DNA from: an uncultured Polaromonas sp.
GTDB taxonomy: Bacteria; Pseudomonadota; Gammaproteobacteria; Burkholderiales; Burkholderiaceae_C
Assembly (NCBI GenBank): GCA_966112355.1
Contig: CBHWCZ010000007.1
Location: forward strand, 22,752 to 86,751
Length of the DNA stretch: 64,000 bases
Direction: 5' to 3'
The position numbers and the translations under genes were made by a program. Position 1 is the stretch's first letter, and every line of letters begins with the position of its first letter. The notes beneath the pieces were generated by a model. It did no database searches. It was not told the origin of the DNA and saw only the letters and a program-made list of their open reading frames with translations. Positions 36,968-46,723 of this stretch are shown here, one piece after another.

Positions 36968-36979
36968 AATTCCACATAA
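36968..36979 (-). repeat. Right terminal inverted repeat
   Basis: aattccacataa, directly abutting host sequence tgaaggggcagcc. Confidence 0.85.
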
Positions 36980-37520
36980 TGAAGGGGCAGCCGCGCGAGG
37001 CTTCCACATACAGCAGCCGCTTGGCGAGGTCCTCGTCGGTGTACTCGCGGTAAGGCAGGGCCAGCGCCTCCAGCGGGGGCTGCTCGCCGGCAATGATTTT
37101 CATCAGCGGCTGCGGCCCATCGAGCAAGGCGCGGCAGAGTTTCGGAAAGCTCACGTCGCCCCAGCCGGTGACCACATGGTCGGCCAGGCGGCAGATGTCC
37201 TGCTCGTTCGTTTCATGGCTGACTTCAGGGCCGCCCAGCACCACCTTGATGCCGGGGCGCAACGCCTTGAGCAGACGCACCACTTGCGTGGTTTCCACCA
37301 CGTTCCAGATGTAGACGCCGAGGCCGATGACTTCGGGCGACAGCGCCAGCAGTTCCTCGACGATCTGCGCGGGCTTCTGCTGGATCACAAACTCGCGCAG
37401 CGTGGTCTGCGCGCGCAGGCCCGGCCCGCCATGCTCATCCATGTTCGCCGCGAGGCAGCGCAGCCCCAGGGAGGCATGAATGTATTTGGCATTCAGGGTG
37501 GCAAGGACAATGCGGGACAT
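36980..37520 (-). pseudogene. 5' part of interrupted B12-binding radical SAM gene
   Basis: MSRIVLATLNAKYIHASLGLR...LLYVEASRGCPF, then homology breaks at the element end. Confidence 0.95.
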
Positions 37521-37709
37521 GACGGCATTATCGGAGCAGGGTGTAATAAAGTCGCGGGGAGACAGACTAAGCTGTATCCCGCCTGTCGGATCGCAAGCGC
37601 ACGGAGCCTCTGGGGCGATGGAGGATCAACTCCTTCACTCCGGCGCCAACCACAAGAACCCCCTGGAATCCCCCTGGAACTATTGCACCGGCCACCTGCT
37701 CACACCACC

Positions 37710-39929
37710 ATGTCTTTGATTCGCGCGCTTTCTTCTGCTCTCCCGTCATCCCTTGTTGCAGGTCTGGCCGCCACGATGTTCGCAGCCCTGGCAAGCCTTC
37801 CGGCCGGGGTTCTGGCCCAGGCGCCGTCTTCCGCCTCCTTCAATGTGCTCGGCAAAAGCAGCGCCCCAGCCAGCACCATCGTGACCACCGATCAGGTGCG
37901 TGCCGAACTGCTGGCGTGGGCGCCCGAAGGTGTCGAGCCGGGCAAACCGGTCTGGGTCGGTCTGCAACTGACGCACCAGCCCGAGTGGCACACCTACTGG
38001 AAGAATTCCGGCGACTCGGGTCTGCCCACGCAACTCGAGTGGAAACTGCCTGCCGGCATCAGCGCCGGCGACATCGCCTGGCCGACACCGAAAAAAATCT
38101 CCATCGGCACACTGGCCAACTACGGCTACGAAAACACCGTGCTGCTGCCGGTGCCGCTGACGGTGGCCTCCGGCTTTTCAGGCACGCAGGTGGCGGTGCA
38201 GCTCAAGGCCGTGTGGCTGGTCTGCCGCAAGGAATGCATTCCGCAGGAGGGTGAATTCACCCTCAGCCTGCCGGTGAAGGGCTCCACCGCCATCCACCGT
38301 GCGCTGTTCGAGGCCACCTTCGAGGCCACGCCAAAGTCACTGCCCGCAGGCGCCAGCCAGGTGGCTGTGAACGGCAAGTCCATCGAGGTGTCGCTGGCTG
38401 GCTTGCCGGCCGCCGCGCAGGGCAAGACATTGGCGCTTTACCCCGAAACCAACGGCGTGACCGAGCCCGCCGGCACCTGGCAACAGGCCTGGAAGGGTGA
38501 TGTGTGGACAGCGCAGGTGCCCTTGTCGGCGCAGCGCACCGAGAGCCCGGCCAGCATGCCGCTGGTGGTGGCCCTCAGCAACGCGGCCTGGCGTATCGAG
38601 GCGCCTGTCAAAGGCACTTGGCCGGCCGTCGCACCGGCCGCCACCTTGCCGCCGGCGCTGGAAACCGCGCTGCGCGCCAATGCCTCCGCGGGCGCCCTTC
38701 CGGTTCAGAACACAGCCCCGCCCCTGGGTCTGCTGGCAGCGCTGTTGGGCGCCCTGCTGGGTGGCATGGTCCTCAACCTGATGCCGTGCGTCTTCCCGGT
38801 GCTGGCGTTGAAGGTGGTGAGCTTTGTGCACGTGAAGGACCAGCGCGCCCGCATGGCCAACGGGCTGGCCTACACGGTGGGCGTGGTGGTGTCCTTCCTG
38901 GCCCTGGGCGCCCTGCTGCTGGGCCTGCGTGCCGCAGGCGACCAGCTGGGCTGGGGCTTCCAGCTGCAAAGCCCGGCGGTGGTGGCGACGCTGGCCGCGC
39001 TGTTCACGCTGCTGGGGCTCAACCTCGCGGGCGTCTTTGAATTCGGCAATCTGTTGCCCGGCAAGCTGGCCGGTCTGCAGGCTAAAAACCCCACCACCAA
39101 TTCTTTTCTCTCGGGTGTGCTGGCCACGGCGATTGCGTCGCCCTGCACGGCGCCGTTCATGGGTGCCTCGCTCGGCTACGCCATCGGACTGCCCGCCGCA
39201 CAGGCACTGGCGGTGTTTGGCGCCATCGGCGTCGGCATGGCCTTGCCTTACCTCGCCGCAAGCGCCGTGCCCGCCGTGGCCCGCGCCCTGCCGCGCCCAG
39301 GTGCCTGGATGGTGACCTTCAAACAGTTGATGGCCTTCCCGATGTTCGCCACCGTGGTGTGGCTGGTGTGGGTGCTGGGCCAGCAGAGCGGCATTGACGG
39401 CGCGGCTGCGTTGCTGGCGCTGCTGGTGCTGATGGCGCTGGTGATCTGGACTTTCAGTCTGCGCGGCACGGCACGCGTGCTGCTGGCGGCGCTGTCCATC
39501 GCCGCCCTGGCCTTGTCGCTCTGGTCCATCGGCCCGAACATCACGAAAGAAGCCACCGGCAACGGGCTGGCCAGCGCACCGCAGCCCGGTGAGCGCTGGC
39601 AGGCCTGGGAGCCGGGCCGCGTGGACCAGCTCGCCGCCGAGGGCCGCAGCGTGTTTGTCGACTTCACCGCCGCCTGGTGTGTGACCTGCCAGTACAACAA
39701 GAAGACGACGCTGTCCAACGCTTCGGTGCTTGCCGACATCGACGCCAAGAAGGTGACACTGCTGCGCGCCGACTGGACGCGGCGCGACCCGGCCGTGACG
39801 GCAGCGCTCGCGCAGCTCGGCCGCAGCGGGGTGCCGGTGTACGTGATCTACAAGCCGGGCAGCGCGCCGGTGGTACTGTCGGAGGTGTTGTCTGTCGATG
39901 ACGTGCGGGCCGAACTGGCCAAGCTGTAG
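37710..39929 (+). CDS. dsbD: DsbD-family protein-disulfide reductase
   Basis: WHTYWKNSGDSG, CRKEC, NLMPCVFPVL, SPCTAP, PRPGAW, thioredoxin AAWCVTC. Confidence 0.9.
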   Translation: MSLIRALSSALPSSLVAGLAATMFAALASLPAGVLAQAPSSASFNVLGKSSAPASTIVTTDQVRAELLAWAPEGVEPGKPVWVGLQLTHQPEWHTYWKNSGDSGLPTQLEWKLPAGISAGDIAWPTPKKISIGTLANYGYENTVLLPVPLTVASGFSGTQVAVQLKAVWLVCRKECIPQEGEFTLSLPVKGSTAIHRALFEATFEATPKSLPAGASQVAVNGKSIEVSLAGLPAAAQGKTLALYPETNGVTEPAGTWQQAWKGDVWTAQVPLSAQRTESPASMPLVVALSNAAWRIEAPVKGTWPAVAPAATLPPALETALRANASAGALPVQNTAPPLGLLAALLGALLGGMVLNLMPCVFPVLALKVVSFVHVKDQRARMANGLAYTVGVVVSFLALGALLLGLRAAGDQLGWGFQLQSPAVVATLAALFTLLGLNLAGVFEFGNLLPGKLAGLQAKNPTTNSFLSGVLATAIASPCTAPFMGASLGYAIGLPAAQALAVFGAIGVGMALPYLAASAVPAVARALPRPGAWMVTFKQLMAFPMFATVVWLVWVLGQQSGIDGAAALLALLVLMALVIWTFSLRGTARVLLAALSIAALALSLWSIGPNITKEATGNGLASAPQPGERWQAWEPGRVDQLAAEGRSVFVDFTAAWCVTCQYNKKTTLSNASVLADIDAKKVTLLRADWTRRDPAVTAALAQLGRSGVPVYVIYKPGSAPVVLSEVLSVDDVRAELAKL

Positions 39930-39989
39930 CCATTCCCGGCACATCCGACAAACCAGCGCCAGCGCAACCCTTCAAACCGGTCACCCCCC

Positions 39990-40421
39990 ATGAGCAGCCT
40001 GCCCGTCCTCGAACGCATCCCGCACATCCTCCAGCACTGCCGCACCATTGCCGTGGTGGGCCTGTCCGCCAAGCCGCACCGCGCCAGTTTTGACGTGGCC
40101 CGCCACATGCAGGCCAGTGGCTACCGCATCATTCCGGTCAACCCCAACGAGACGGAAGTGCTGGGCGAAAAAGCCTATGCCACGCTGACCGATGCGGCAC
40201 GGCATGAAAACATCGACCTGGTGAACTGCTTTCGCAACAGCGAGGACATCCCGCCCATCGTCGACGAGGCGATTGCCGTCGGCGCGAAGGCAGTGTGGAT
40301 GCAGCTCGGCATTGCCCATCACGACGCGGCGGCCAAGGCCGAAGCCGCCGGCCTGCTGGTGGTGCAGGACCACTGCCTCAAGATTGACCACCGGGTGATG
40401 CGGGCGCAGGGTCTGGTCTAG
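39990..40421 (+). CDS. CoA-binding protein (YccU-like)
   Basis: IAVVGLS.KPHRAS, IIPVNP, VWMQLG. Confidence 0.9.
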   Translation: MSSLPVLERIPHILQHCRTIAVVGLSAKPHRASFDVARHMQASGYRIIPVNPNETEVLGEKAYATLTDAARHENIDLVNCFRNSEDIPPIVDEAIAVGAKAVWMQLGIAHHDAAAKAEAAGLLVVQDHCLKIDHRVMRAQGLV

Positions 40422-40483
40422 ACCCCCCGCGGCCCGCGGGAAAGCCATGGTTGCAGCCCCCGCACGACACGCCACAATAACGC

Positions 40484-41290
40484 ATGCCTTTGCGCCCGAG
40501 CCCGACGCCATCGTCACCCCTGGACACCCCCCGGCGCCGCGCATTGAAGGCCACGGGCTGGTCCGCCGTCAGGAGGATGTGCCTCGCAGCGGCGTCGCTG
40601 GCGCTGCTGTCGGCCTGTGCCAGCCCGCCCGCCAACCCCAGGGGCGAGGTCAACACCGCACCCATGTCGTCGGGTGAGATCGCACAATCGGACATCAACC
40701 GCATGGCCACCCTGGGCATGCGCGAGAACCTCGACAGCCTGCTGCGGCTGGCTGACAAGCTCTACCGGCGCAACCCCGCCGAATGGCGCAAAAGCGGCAG
40801 CAACAGCCGGGAAGCGGCCCTGGTGCAACTGCGCACGGCAGTGGATCAGCGCACGCCCTGGAGCGATCTTCAGGGCCGGCGCGACATCGCCGCGCTGTCG
40901 CTGGCACTGGGCCCGGACTTCAGGGGCGACCGTGTGGCGGCATTCATCTACGCCAGTGCCGACATGGTGGTCACGGCGCACGGCGGCAGGACGAACTTCT
41001 ACCTGACGGACGCGCTCGACGCACAGTACATCTACAACGCCGCCCGCAACATCGAGATCGCCGTGTGGATGCTGTCCAACCGGCGCAACGCGGCCAACCA
41101 GCCGCTGCTGCTGGCAGACGAGATCAGCGAACGGGAGCGCAACCTCAGCTTCGAGCGCGAGTTCGGCAAGATCATCGGCCGGCTGGACCTGCTGTCGCAG
41201 GTGCTGACCGAAAAATACCGCCGCGCCGTCATCACCTATGTGCAGAACCTGCTGGGCGGCGCCTTTCTTCAGTTCCTTCCGGTCAGATAG
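40484..41290 (+). CDS. Conserved hypothetical lipoprotein
   Basis: Lipobox LSAC; KLYRRNP.EW; start uncertain. Confidence 0.7.
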   Translation: MPLRPSPTPSSPLDTPRRRALKATGWSAVRRMCLAAASLALLSACASPPANPRGEVNTAPMSSGEIAQSDINRMATLGMRENLDSLLRLADKLYRRNPAEWRKSGSNSREAALVQLRTAVDQRTPWSDLQGRRDIAALSLALGPDFRGDRVAAFIYASADMVVTAHGGRTNFYLTDALDAQYIYNAARNIEIAVWMLSNRRNAANQPLLLADEISERERNLSFEREFGKIIGRLDLLSQVLTEKYRRAVITYVQNLLGGAFLQFLPVR

Positions 41291-41292
41291 CT

Positions 41293-41473
41293 CACCCCCT
41301 TCTCGGCTCACTGCGTGTAGCCGGATCCCCCCTTCCAGGGGGCGACAGCTGCGGCCCGGCAAAGCCGGTTCCGCGCTGCCTGTGACCCACCCCCTTCTCG
41401 GCTCACTGCGTGTAGCCGGATCCCCCCTTGCAGGGGGCGACAGCTGCGGCCCGGCAAAGCCGGTTCCGCGCTG
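41293..41473. repeat. Two tandem 86-bp REP-like units (period 95 bp)
   Basis: 41293-41378 and 41388-41473 differ at one base; share ggcccggcaaagccggttcc with 480-540 and the priA insert. Confidence 0.92.
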
Positions 41474-41527
41474 TCACTGATCCGGGCAGGTAAGCTGCAG
41501 TGAAAAGAGTCGCTGACCAGACACAAT

Positions 41528-42892
41528 ATGCATATCACGCCCCGTTTCCCGGAAGCTTTCATGCCCGACAACTATCTGCCCGAAGTCAGAAACCAGTACG
41601 AAGCCCTGCCTTACCCGCCCTGCAACCCGGAAGACGACCACAAGCGTCTGGTGCTCACCTGGCTGGAAGATCTGCCGATGATCAACCACTACTGCTTTGC
41701 CGGAAAGCAGTCGTTCCGCCACGGCTTTCGCGCGCTGGTGGCCGGTGGCGGCACCGGCGACGCGACGATTTTCCTGGCCGAGCAGTTGCGCGCGCTGAAG
41801 GCCGACGACGCGCAGGTGGTGCACCTCGACATGAGCGAGGCCAGCATTGCACTGGCCCGGCGCCGCGCCGAAATCCGCGGCCTCACCAACATCACCTGGG
41901 TGCACGACTCGCTGCTCAACCTGCCGGCGCGGGCCGCTGAACTGGGACGCTTCGACTACATCAACTGCAGCGGCGTGCTGCACCACCTGGCCGATCCGGA
42001 CCTGGGCCTGAAGGCCTTGCTGAGCGTGCTCAGGACCGATGGTCTATGCCCCGGCGCCATCGGCCTGATGGTCTACGCCACACTGGGCCGCCTCGGGGTG
42101 TACCAGATGCAGACGCTCATGCGCATGGTCAACGACCACCTCGGTGAAGCACCTTTGGACATCCCCCGAAAAATCGCCAACACCCGGGACCTGCTGGCCA
42201 GCCTGCCGCCCAGCAACTGGTTTGTGCGGAGCGAGGACCTGCACCACGACCACAAGATGGGCGACGCCGGCATTTACGACCTGCTGCTGCATTCCCAGGA
42301 CCGCGCCTACACCGTGGGCGAGCTCTATGACTGGTTCGGCGGCCATGGCCTGCACCTGAACTTCAGCGATGTGCAGCGCGGCCGCGCACCCTACCTGCCG
42401 CACATGGTGCTGGGCCACAAGCCGCCCGCCATGGCGCCGGCGCTGCGCAAGCTGCCGCTGCGCCAGCAGCATGAGATGGCTGAACTGATGATTGGCAACC
42501 TGATCACCCATTCGCTCTACCTCACGCAGAACGCGGCCTGCACTGCACCGTATGGCGATGCGCAATACATCCCCTTTTTCTACCACGAGCCGCTCACCGG
42601 CGAGCTGGCCGCGCAGGTGTTCGGCAGCAACCGCGGCCAGCCCTTTGTATTGCGTCACCAGCATTCGGGTGTGTCGCTCACCGTGAACCCGGGGCGCTAC
42701 GGCCCGCAGTTGCTGAGGCTGATCGACGGCCAGAAGAGCTTTGGCGAAATCTTCGATGCCTTCCGCGCCGCGTGGCAGGGCAAGGCCGCGGCGCCGGACA
42801 ACGCGACGCTGTTTGCCGACTTCGCCGAATGCTATGAGACCCTCAATGCGCTGGAGAGGCTGCTGCTGCGGCATCCGGACGCCGCCCGCTGA
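41528..42892 (+). CDS. Class I SAM-dependent methyltransferase
   Basis: QYEALPYP, LVAGGGTG, DYINCSGVLHHL, LLLHSQDRAY; start may be 41561. Confidence 0.85.
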   Translation: MHITPRFPEAFMPDNYLPEVRNQYEALPYPPCNPEDDHKRLVLTWLEDLPMINHYCFAGKQSFRHGFRALVAGGGTGDATIFLAEQLRALKADDAQVVHLDMSEASIALARRRAEIRGLTNITWVHDSLLNLPARAAELGRFDYINCSGVLHHLADPDLGLKALLSVLRTDGLCPGAIGLMVYATLGRLGVYQMQTLMRMVNDHLGEAPLDIPRKIANTRDLLASLPPSNWFVRSEDLHHDHKMGDAGIYDLLLHSQDRAYTVGELYDWFGGHGLHLNFSDVQRGRAPYLPHMVLGHKPPAMAPALRKLPLRQQHEMAELMIGNLITHSLYLTQNAACTAPYGDAQYIPFFYHEPLTGELAAQVFGSNRGQPFVLRHQHSGVSLTVNPGRYGPQLLRLIDGQKSFGEIFDAFRAAWQGKAAAPDNATLFADFAECYETLNALERLLLRHPDAAR

Positions 42893-42947
42893 AGAGCCGC
42901 TCACTCGCTGCTATGCTGTTTCCGTCACCCTGAACTCCTGACCCAAC

Positions 42948-44066
42948 ATGTTTGCACCCCTCCAAAACGACACCTTTCTCCGCGCCTGCCTGCGCCAGGC
43001 CACTGACCACACCCCCGTCTGGCTGATGCGCCAGGCCGGCCGCTACCTCCCAGAATACCGTGCCACCCGGGCCAAGGCCGGCAGCTTCATGGGGCTGGCC
43101 ACCAACACCGACTACGCCACCGAAGTCACGCTGCAGCCATTGGAGCGCTACCCGCTGGACGCGGCCATCCTGTTCAGCGACATCCTCACCGTGCCCGACG
43201 CCATGGGCCTGGGCCTGTCGTTTGCGCTCGGCGAAGGCCCCAAGTTCGCCACCGCCGTGCGCGACGAAGCCGCCGTGGCCAGGCTCGAAGTGCCCGACAT
43301 GAACAAGCTGCGCTACGTGTTTGATGCCGTCACGTCGATCCGCAAGGCGCTCAATGGCCGGGTGCCGCTGATCGGCTTTTCGGGCAGCCCCTGGACGCTG
43401 GCCTGCTACATGGTCGAAGGCGCCGGCTCGGACGACTACCGCCTGGTCAAGACCATGATGTACCAGCGGCCCGACCTGATGCATCGCATGCTGGCCGTCA
43501 ATGCCGACGCGGTGGCCGCCTACCTGAACGCCCAGATCGAGGCTGGCGCACAGGCGGTGATGATCTTTGACAGCTGGGGCGGTGTGATGGCTGATGCAGC
43601 CTTCCATACCTTCAGCCTCGCCTATACCCGGCGCGTGCTGGCCCAGCTCAAGCGCGAGCATGACGGCGTGAAGATTCCGCGGCTGGTCTTCACCAAGGGC
43701 GGCGGCCAGTGGCTGGAGAGCATGGCCCCGCTGGACTGCGAGGTGCTGGGTCTGGACTGGACCGTGAACCTGGCGCAGGCCCGCGCCCGTGTGGGCGAGG
43801 ACAGCCCTGAAGGCAAGCCCGGCAAGGCCCTGCAGGGCAACCTGGACCCCAACGTGCTGTTTGCCGGAGCCGGGCAAATCGAAGCCGAGGTAGTGCAACT
43901 GCTGGAGAGCTTTGGCACGCCCCACACCGACTTGACGCGGACCGGAGCGACCCATATTTTCAACCTCGGCCATGGCATCAGCCAGCACACGCCGCCCGAG
44001 AGTGTCGATACCCTGGTGCGCGCAGTACACGCTCACTCTCGCAAGATGCGCGCAGCCGGGCGCTGA
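42948..44066 (+). CDS. hemE: Uroporphyrinogen decarboxylase
   Basis: [32 protein letters not shown]. Confidence 0.97.
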   Translation: MFAPLQNDTFLRACLRQATDHTPVWLMRQAGRYLPEYRATRAKAGSFMGLATNTDYATEVTLQPLERYPLDAAILFSDILTVPDAMGLGLSFALGEGPKFATAVRDEAAVARLEVPDMNKLRYVFDAVTSIRKALNGRVPLIGFSGSPWTLACYMVEGAGSDDYRLVKTMMYQRPDLMHRMLAVNADAVAAYLNAQIEAGAQAVMIFDSWGGVMADAAFHTFSLAYTRRVLAQLKREHDGVKIPRLVFTKGGGQWLESMAPLDCEVLGLDWTVNLAQARARVGEDSPEGKPGKALQGNLDPNVLFAGAGQIEAEVVQLLESFGTPHTDLTRTGATHIFNLGHGISQHTPPESVDTLVRAVHAHSRKMRAAGR

Positions 44067-44151
44067 CCAGCTTCCGAGCCATTGACGTCAAGGCCTGATG
44101 ACATCTGTTTTGTGCTGCTACTAGCACAAATCAGCAGTTGGGCGAACGGAC

Positions 44152-44391
44152 TTATGCACAAAATTTGTGCTGCGCTGCAGTAGGCCTGCAGACCTGCGGC
44201 GCCTTGTGCTATGAAAGCCATAGCGCTCCTAAGTTGTTGATTTATATAGGATCCTTCAATTGCTTTTTTTACGGGCAGTTTAGGCAAAGCCTTGATTTAC
44301 AAGGCCTCGTGACGCGCCCCGGTCAAACTATCAACAAAGTTATCCACAGAAAATCTGGACATCTCTAAAGCGGTGAAAAATCAACGACTTA
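44152..44391. promoter_or_regulatory. Cluster of DnaA boxes and IHF consensus sites
   Basis: TTATGCACA 44152-44160 and TTATCCACA 44340-44348; WATCAANNNNTTR at 44230-44242 (-), 44285-44297 (-) and 44379-44391 (+); AT-rich. Confidence 0.75.
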
Positions 44392-44443
44392 GCGCATTCT
44401 TTGTATGTAATTTTGAAGAACTAAATACAACTGATTACATCGG

Positions 44444-46690
44444 ATGACCTTCTGGCACCAGATCGTGGTGGCCACGCCGGCACACAGTGCCGTGGCGGGG
44501 CCGCTGACCTACAAAAGTGGGCAGGCACTCGCGCCGGGTGCGTTGGTACGCGTGCCGCTCGGCAAGCGCGAGGTGCTGGGGGTCGTCTGGAGCAATCTGG
44601 CGGACAGTGGCGACCTGCCCGAAGCCCAGGCCCGCGCCATTGCCGGCGTGCTGGAAGGCCTGCCCCCCCTCACGGCCACCTGGCGCCAGCTGGTCAGCTT
44701 CACCGCCAGCTACTACCAGCGCTCGCTGGGCGAGGTGGCGTTGGCCGCCCTGCCGCCGCAGCTACGCGATCTGAGCAGCGAGCAGTTGGCGCGGCGACTG
44801 AAGCGGCCCGTGGCCGACACCAGCTACGCCCCCGACAGCGCAGTGGACGCCCGCCTCGCCGTGGCGCTGAGCACCGAGCAGGCGAAGGCGCTGGCTGAGT
44901 TTGCCGCCGACAGCCGGCCTGCGCTGCTGTTTGGCGCCACCGGCAGCGGCAAGACCGAGGTCTACCTGCGCGCCGCCGCACAAGTACTGGACGACGACCC
45001 GCTGGCCCAGGTGCTGGTGATGGTGCCGGAAATCAACCTCACACCCCAGTTGCAGCAGCGCTTCGAGGCCCGCTTTGCGCACCTCGGCAAGGAAAGGGTG
45101 GTGGCCCTGCACAGCGGGCTCACGCCGGCACAGCGCCTCAAGAGCTGGCTGTCCGCGCACACCGGCCACGCCCGGCTGGTGCTGGGAACCCGCATGGCGG
45201 TGCTGGCGCCCCTGCCGCGCCTGCGGCTGATCGTGGTGGATGAAGAGCACGACCCCAGCTACAAGCAGCAGGAGGGCGCCCGCTACTCGGCACGCGACCT
45301 GGCGGTGTACCGCAGCAAACTGGAAACGGAAGACGCCGCCGCCCCCTGCCGCGTGCTGCTGGGCTCGGCCACGCCGTCGCTGGAGAGCTGGCAGGCCACC
45401 CTCGCCGGCCGCTACCAGCGCCTCACCTTGAATGACCGGATAGATGGAGCCCCCACGCTTGTCGCTTCGCGTACTGCGCTGCCCCCCGAGGGGGCCGCCC
45501 GCCTGTGGCCCGGCAAAGCCGGTTCCACGGCTCAAGCTGATGGAATACCGGCCCCCACGCTTGTCGCTTCGCCTGCTGCGCTGCCTGTGAAGGGGGAGCT
45601 ACCACTCGTCAGGCGCGTGGACATGAACCATCAGCCCAAGCACTGCACCATCGCGCCGCCCCTGCTCGACGCCATCGCCCAGCGCGTGGCGCGCGGGGAG
45701 CAGTCGCTGATCTTTCTCAACCGGCGCGGTTATGCCCCGGTGCTGGCCTGCCACGACTGCGGCTGGAAAAGCGAGTGCCCGCACTGCAGCGCCTTCCGGG
45801 TGTTCCACAAGATCGACCGCACGCTGCGTTGCCACCACTGCGGCTACACCGAGCGCGTGCCGCGCGCCTGCCCCAGCTGCGGCAACATCGACATCGCGCC
45901 GGTCGGGCGTGGCACCGAACGGCTGGAGGAACACCTGGCCGAGCTGCTGGCTGGCGTAGAGCGCCCGGGCGGCGGCACCGTGCGCATTGCGCGCATCGAC
46001 GCCGACAGCACGCGCCTCAAAGGCTCGCTCGAATCGCAGCTGGCCAGCGTACATGCCGGCGAGGTGGATGTGCTGGTCGGCACGCAGATGATCGCCAAGG
46101 GCCACGACTTTCGCCACATCACGCTGGTCGCTGCCATCAACCCGGACGGCGCACTGTTTTCCAGCGACTTCCGCGCGCCCGAGCGTCTGTTCAGCCTGTT
46201 GATGCAGGCAGGCGGTCGCGCCGGGCGCGATGCGCGCCACAGTGCCGCCAGCGAAATGTGGGTGCAGACCTTCCACCCCACGCACCCGCTGTTCGAGTGC
46301 CTGAAAAAACACGACTACCCGGGCTTTGCCACCCAGCAGCTGGAAGAAAGGCAGGCCGCGGGCATGTCGCCTTTCGGCTTCTCGGCATTGATCCGCGCCG
46401 AGGCCCGGTCGCAGGATGTCGCCCAGGGCTTTCTCAACGCGGCGGCGGCAGCAGCCAGCGCGCAGCAGATCACGGCCCACGATCAGGTCAGTGCCTACCC
46501 GGCGGTGCCGATGACGATACAGCGCGTGGCCAACATCGAACGGGCGCAGATGCTGGTGGAGAGTCCGTCGCGCAAAGCCTTGCAGCATTTTCTGGCCGCC
46601 TGGCAGCCGCTGCTTTTCGAGACCCGCGCGCAGCCAGAGCACAAGAGCCTGGTCCGCTGGGCGATTGATGTGGACCCGATTGCGATCTGA
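44444..46690 (+). CDS. priA: Primosomal protein N'
   Basis: GATGSGKTEVY, VDEEHD, GSATPSLES, four CxxC pairs, GTQMIAKGHD, WAIDVDP. Confidence 0.97.
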   Translation: MTFWHQIVVATPAHSAVAGPLTYKSGQALAPGALVRVPLGKREVLGVVWSNLADSGDLPEAQARAIAGVLEGLPPLTATWRQLVSFTASYYQRSLGEVALAALPPQLRDLSSEQLARRLKRPVADTSYAPDSAVDARLAVALSTEQAKALAEFAADSRPALLFGATGSGKTEVYLRAAAQVLDDDPLAQVLVMVPEINLTPQLQQRFEARFAHLGKERVVALHSGLTPAQRLKSWLSAHTGHARLVLGTRMAVLAPLPRLRLIVVDEEHDPSYKQQEGARYSARDLAVYRSKLETEDAAAPCRVLLGSATPSLESWQATLAGRYQRLTLNDRIDGAPTLVASRTALPPEGAARLWPGKAGSTAQADGIPAPTLVASPAALPVKGELPLVRRVDMNHQPKHCTIAPPLLDAIAQRVARGEQSLIFLNRRGYAPVLACHDCGWKSECPHCSAFRVFHKIDRTLRCHHCGYTERVPRACPSCGNIDIAPVGRGTERLEEHLAELLAGVERPGGGTVRIARIDADSTRLKGSLESQLASVHAGEVDVLVGTQMIAKGHDFRHITLVAAINPDGALFSSDFRAPERLFSLLMQAGGRAGRDARHSAASEMWVQTFHPTHPLFECLKKHDYPGFATQQLEERQAAGMSPFGFSALIRAEARSQDVAQGFLNAAAAAASAQQITAHDQVSAYPAVPMTIQRVANIERAQMLVESPSRKALQHFLAAWQPLLFETRAQPEHKSLVRWAIDVDPIAI
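45443..45596 (+). repeat. REP-like element inserted in frame in priA
   Basis: 45481-45533 is 52/53 identical to the reverse complement of 491-543; 22-bp direct repeats at 45449 and 45551, 102 bp apart. Confidence 0.9.
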
Positions 46691-46723
46691 CAGCGGCCTC
46701 GCCTCGGTGCACGCACATACCCG

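Larger units (their letters stand above)
4498..36979. mobile_element. 32.5-kb tyrosine-recombinase integrative element (SE-like) inserted in the radical SAM gene
   Basis: Flanks rejoin precisely into the host gene; terminal inverted repeats match at 11/12; four-gene recombinase core at the right end; mosaic cargo, visibly less GC-rich in many parts. Confidence 0.93.

Noticed and set aside
36867-37709. 5' extension making dsbD a 1020-aa ORF
   Set aside because: It is the antisense frame of the radical SAM 5' half and crosses the element junction; DsbD-like sequence with a signal peptide starts at ATG 37710.
41293-41473. Possible CRISPR array
   Set aside because: Only two long units with a 9-bp gap, no unique spacers and no cas genes; matches the dispersed REP-like family.
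44100-44440. Definite oriC call
   Set aside because: No dnaA, gidA or parAB in the window and no clear DUE repeats; skew cannot be judged here, so it is reported only as a DnaA/IHF cluster.
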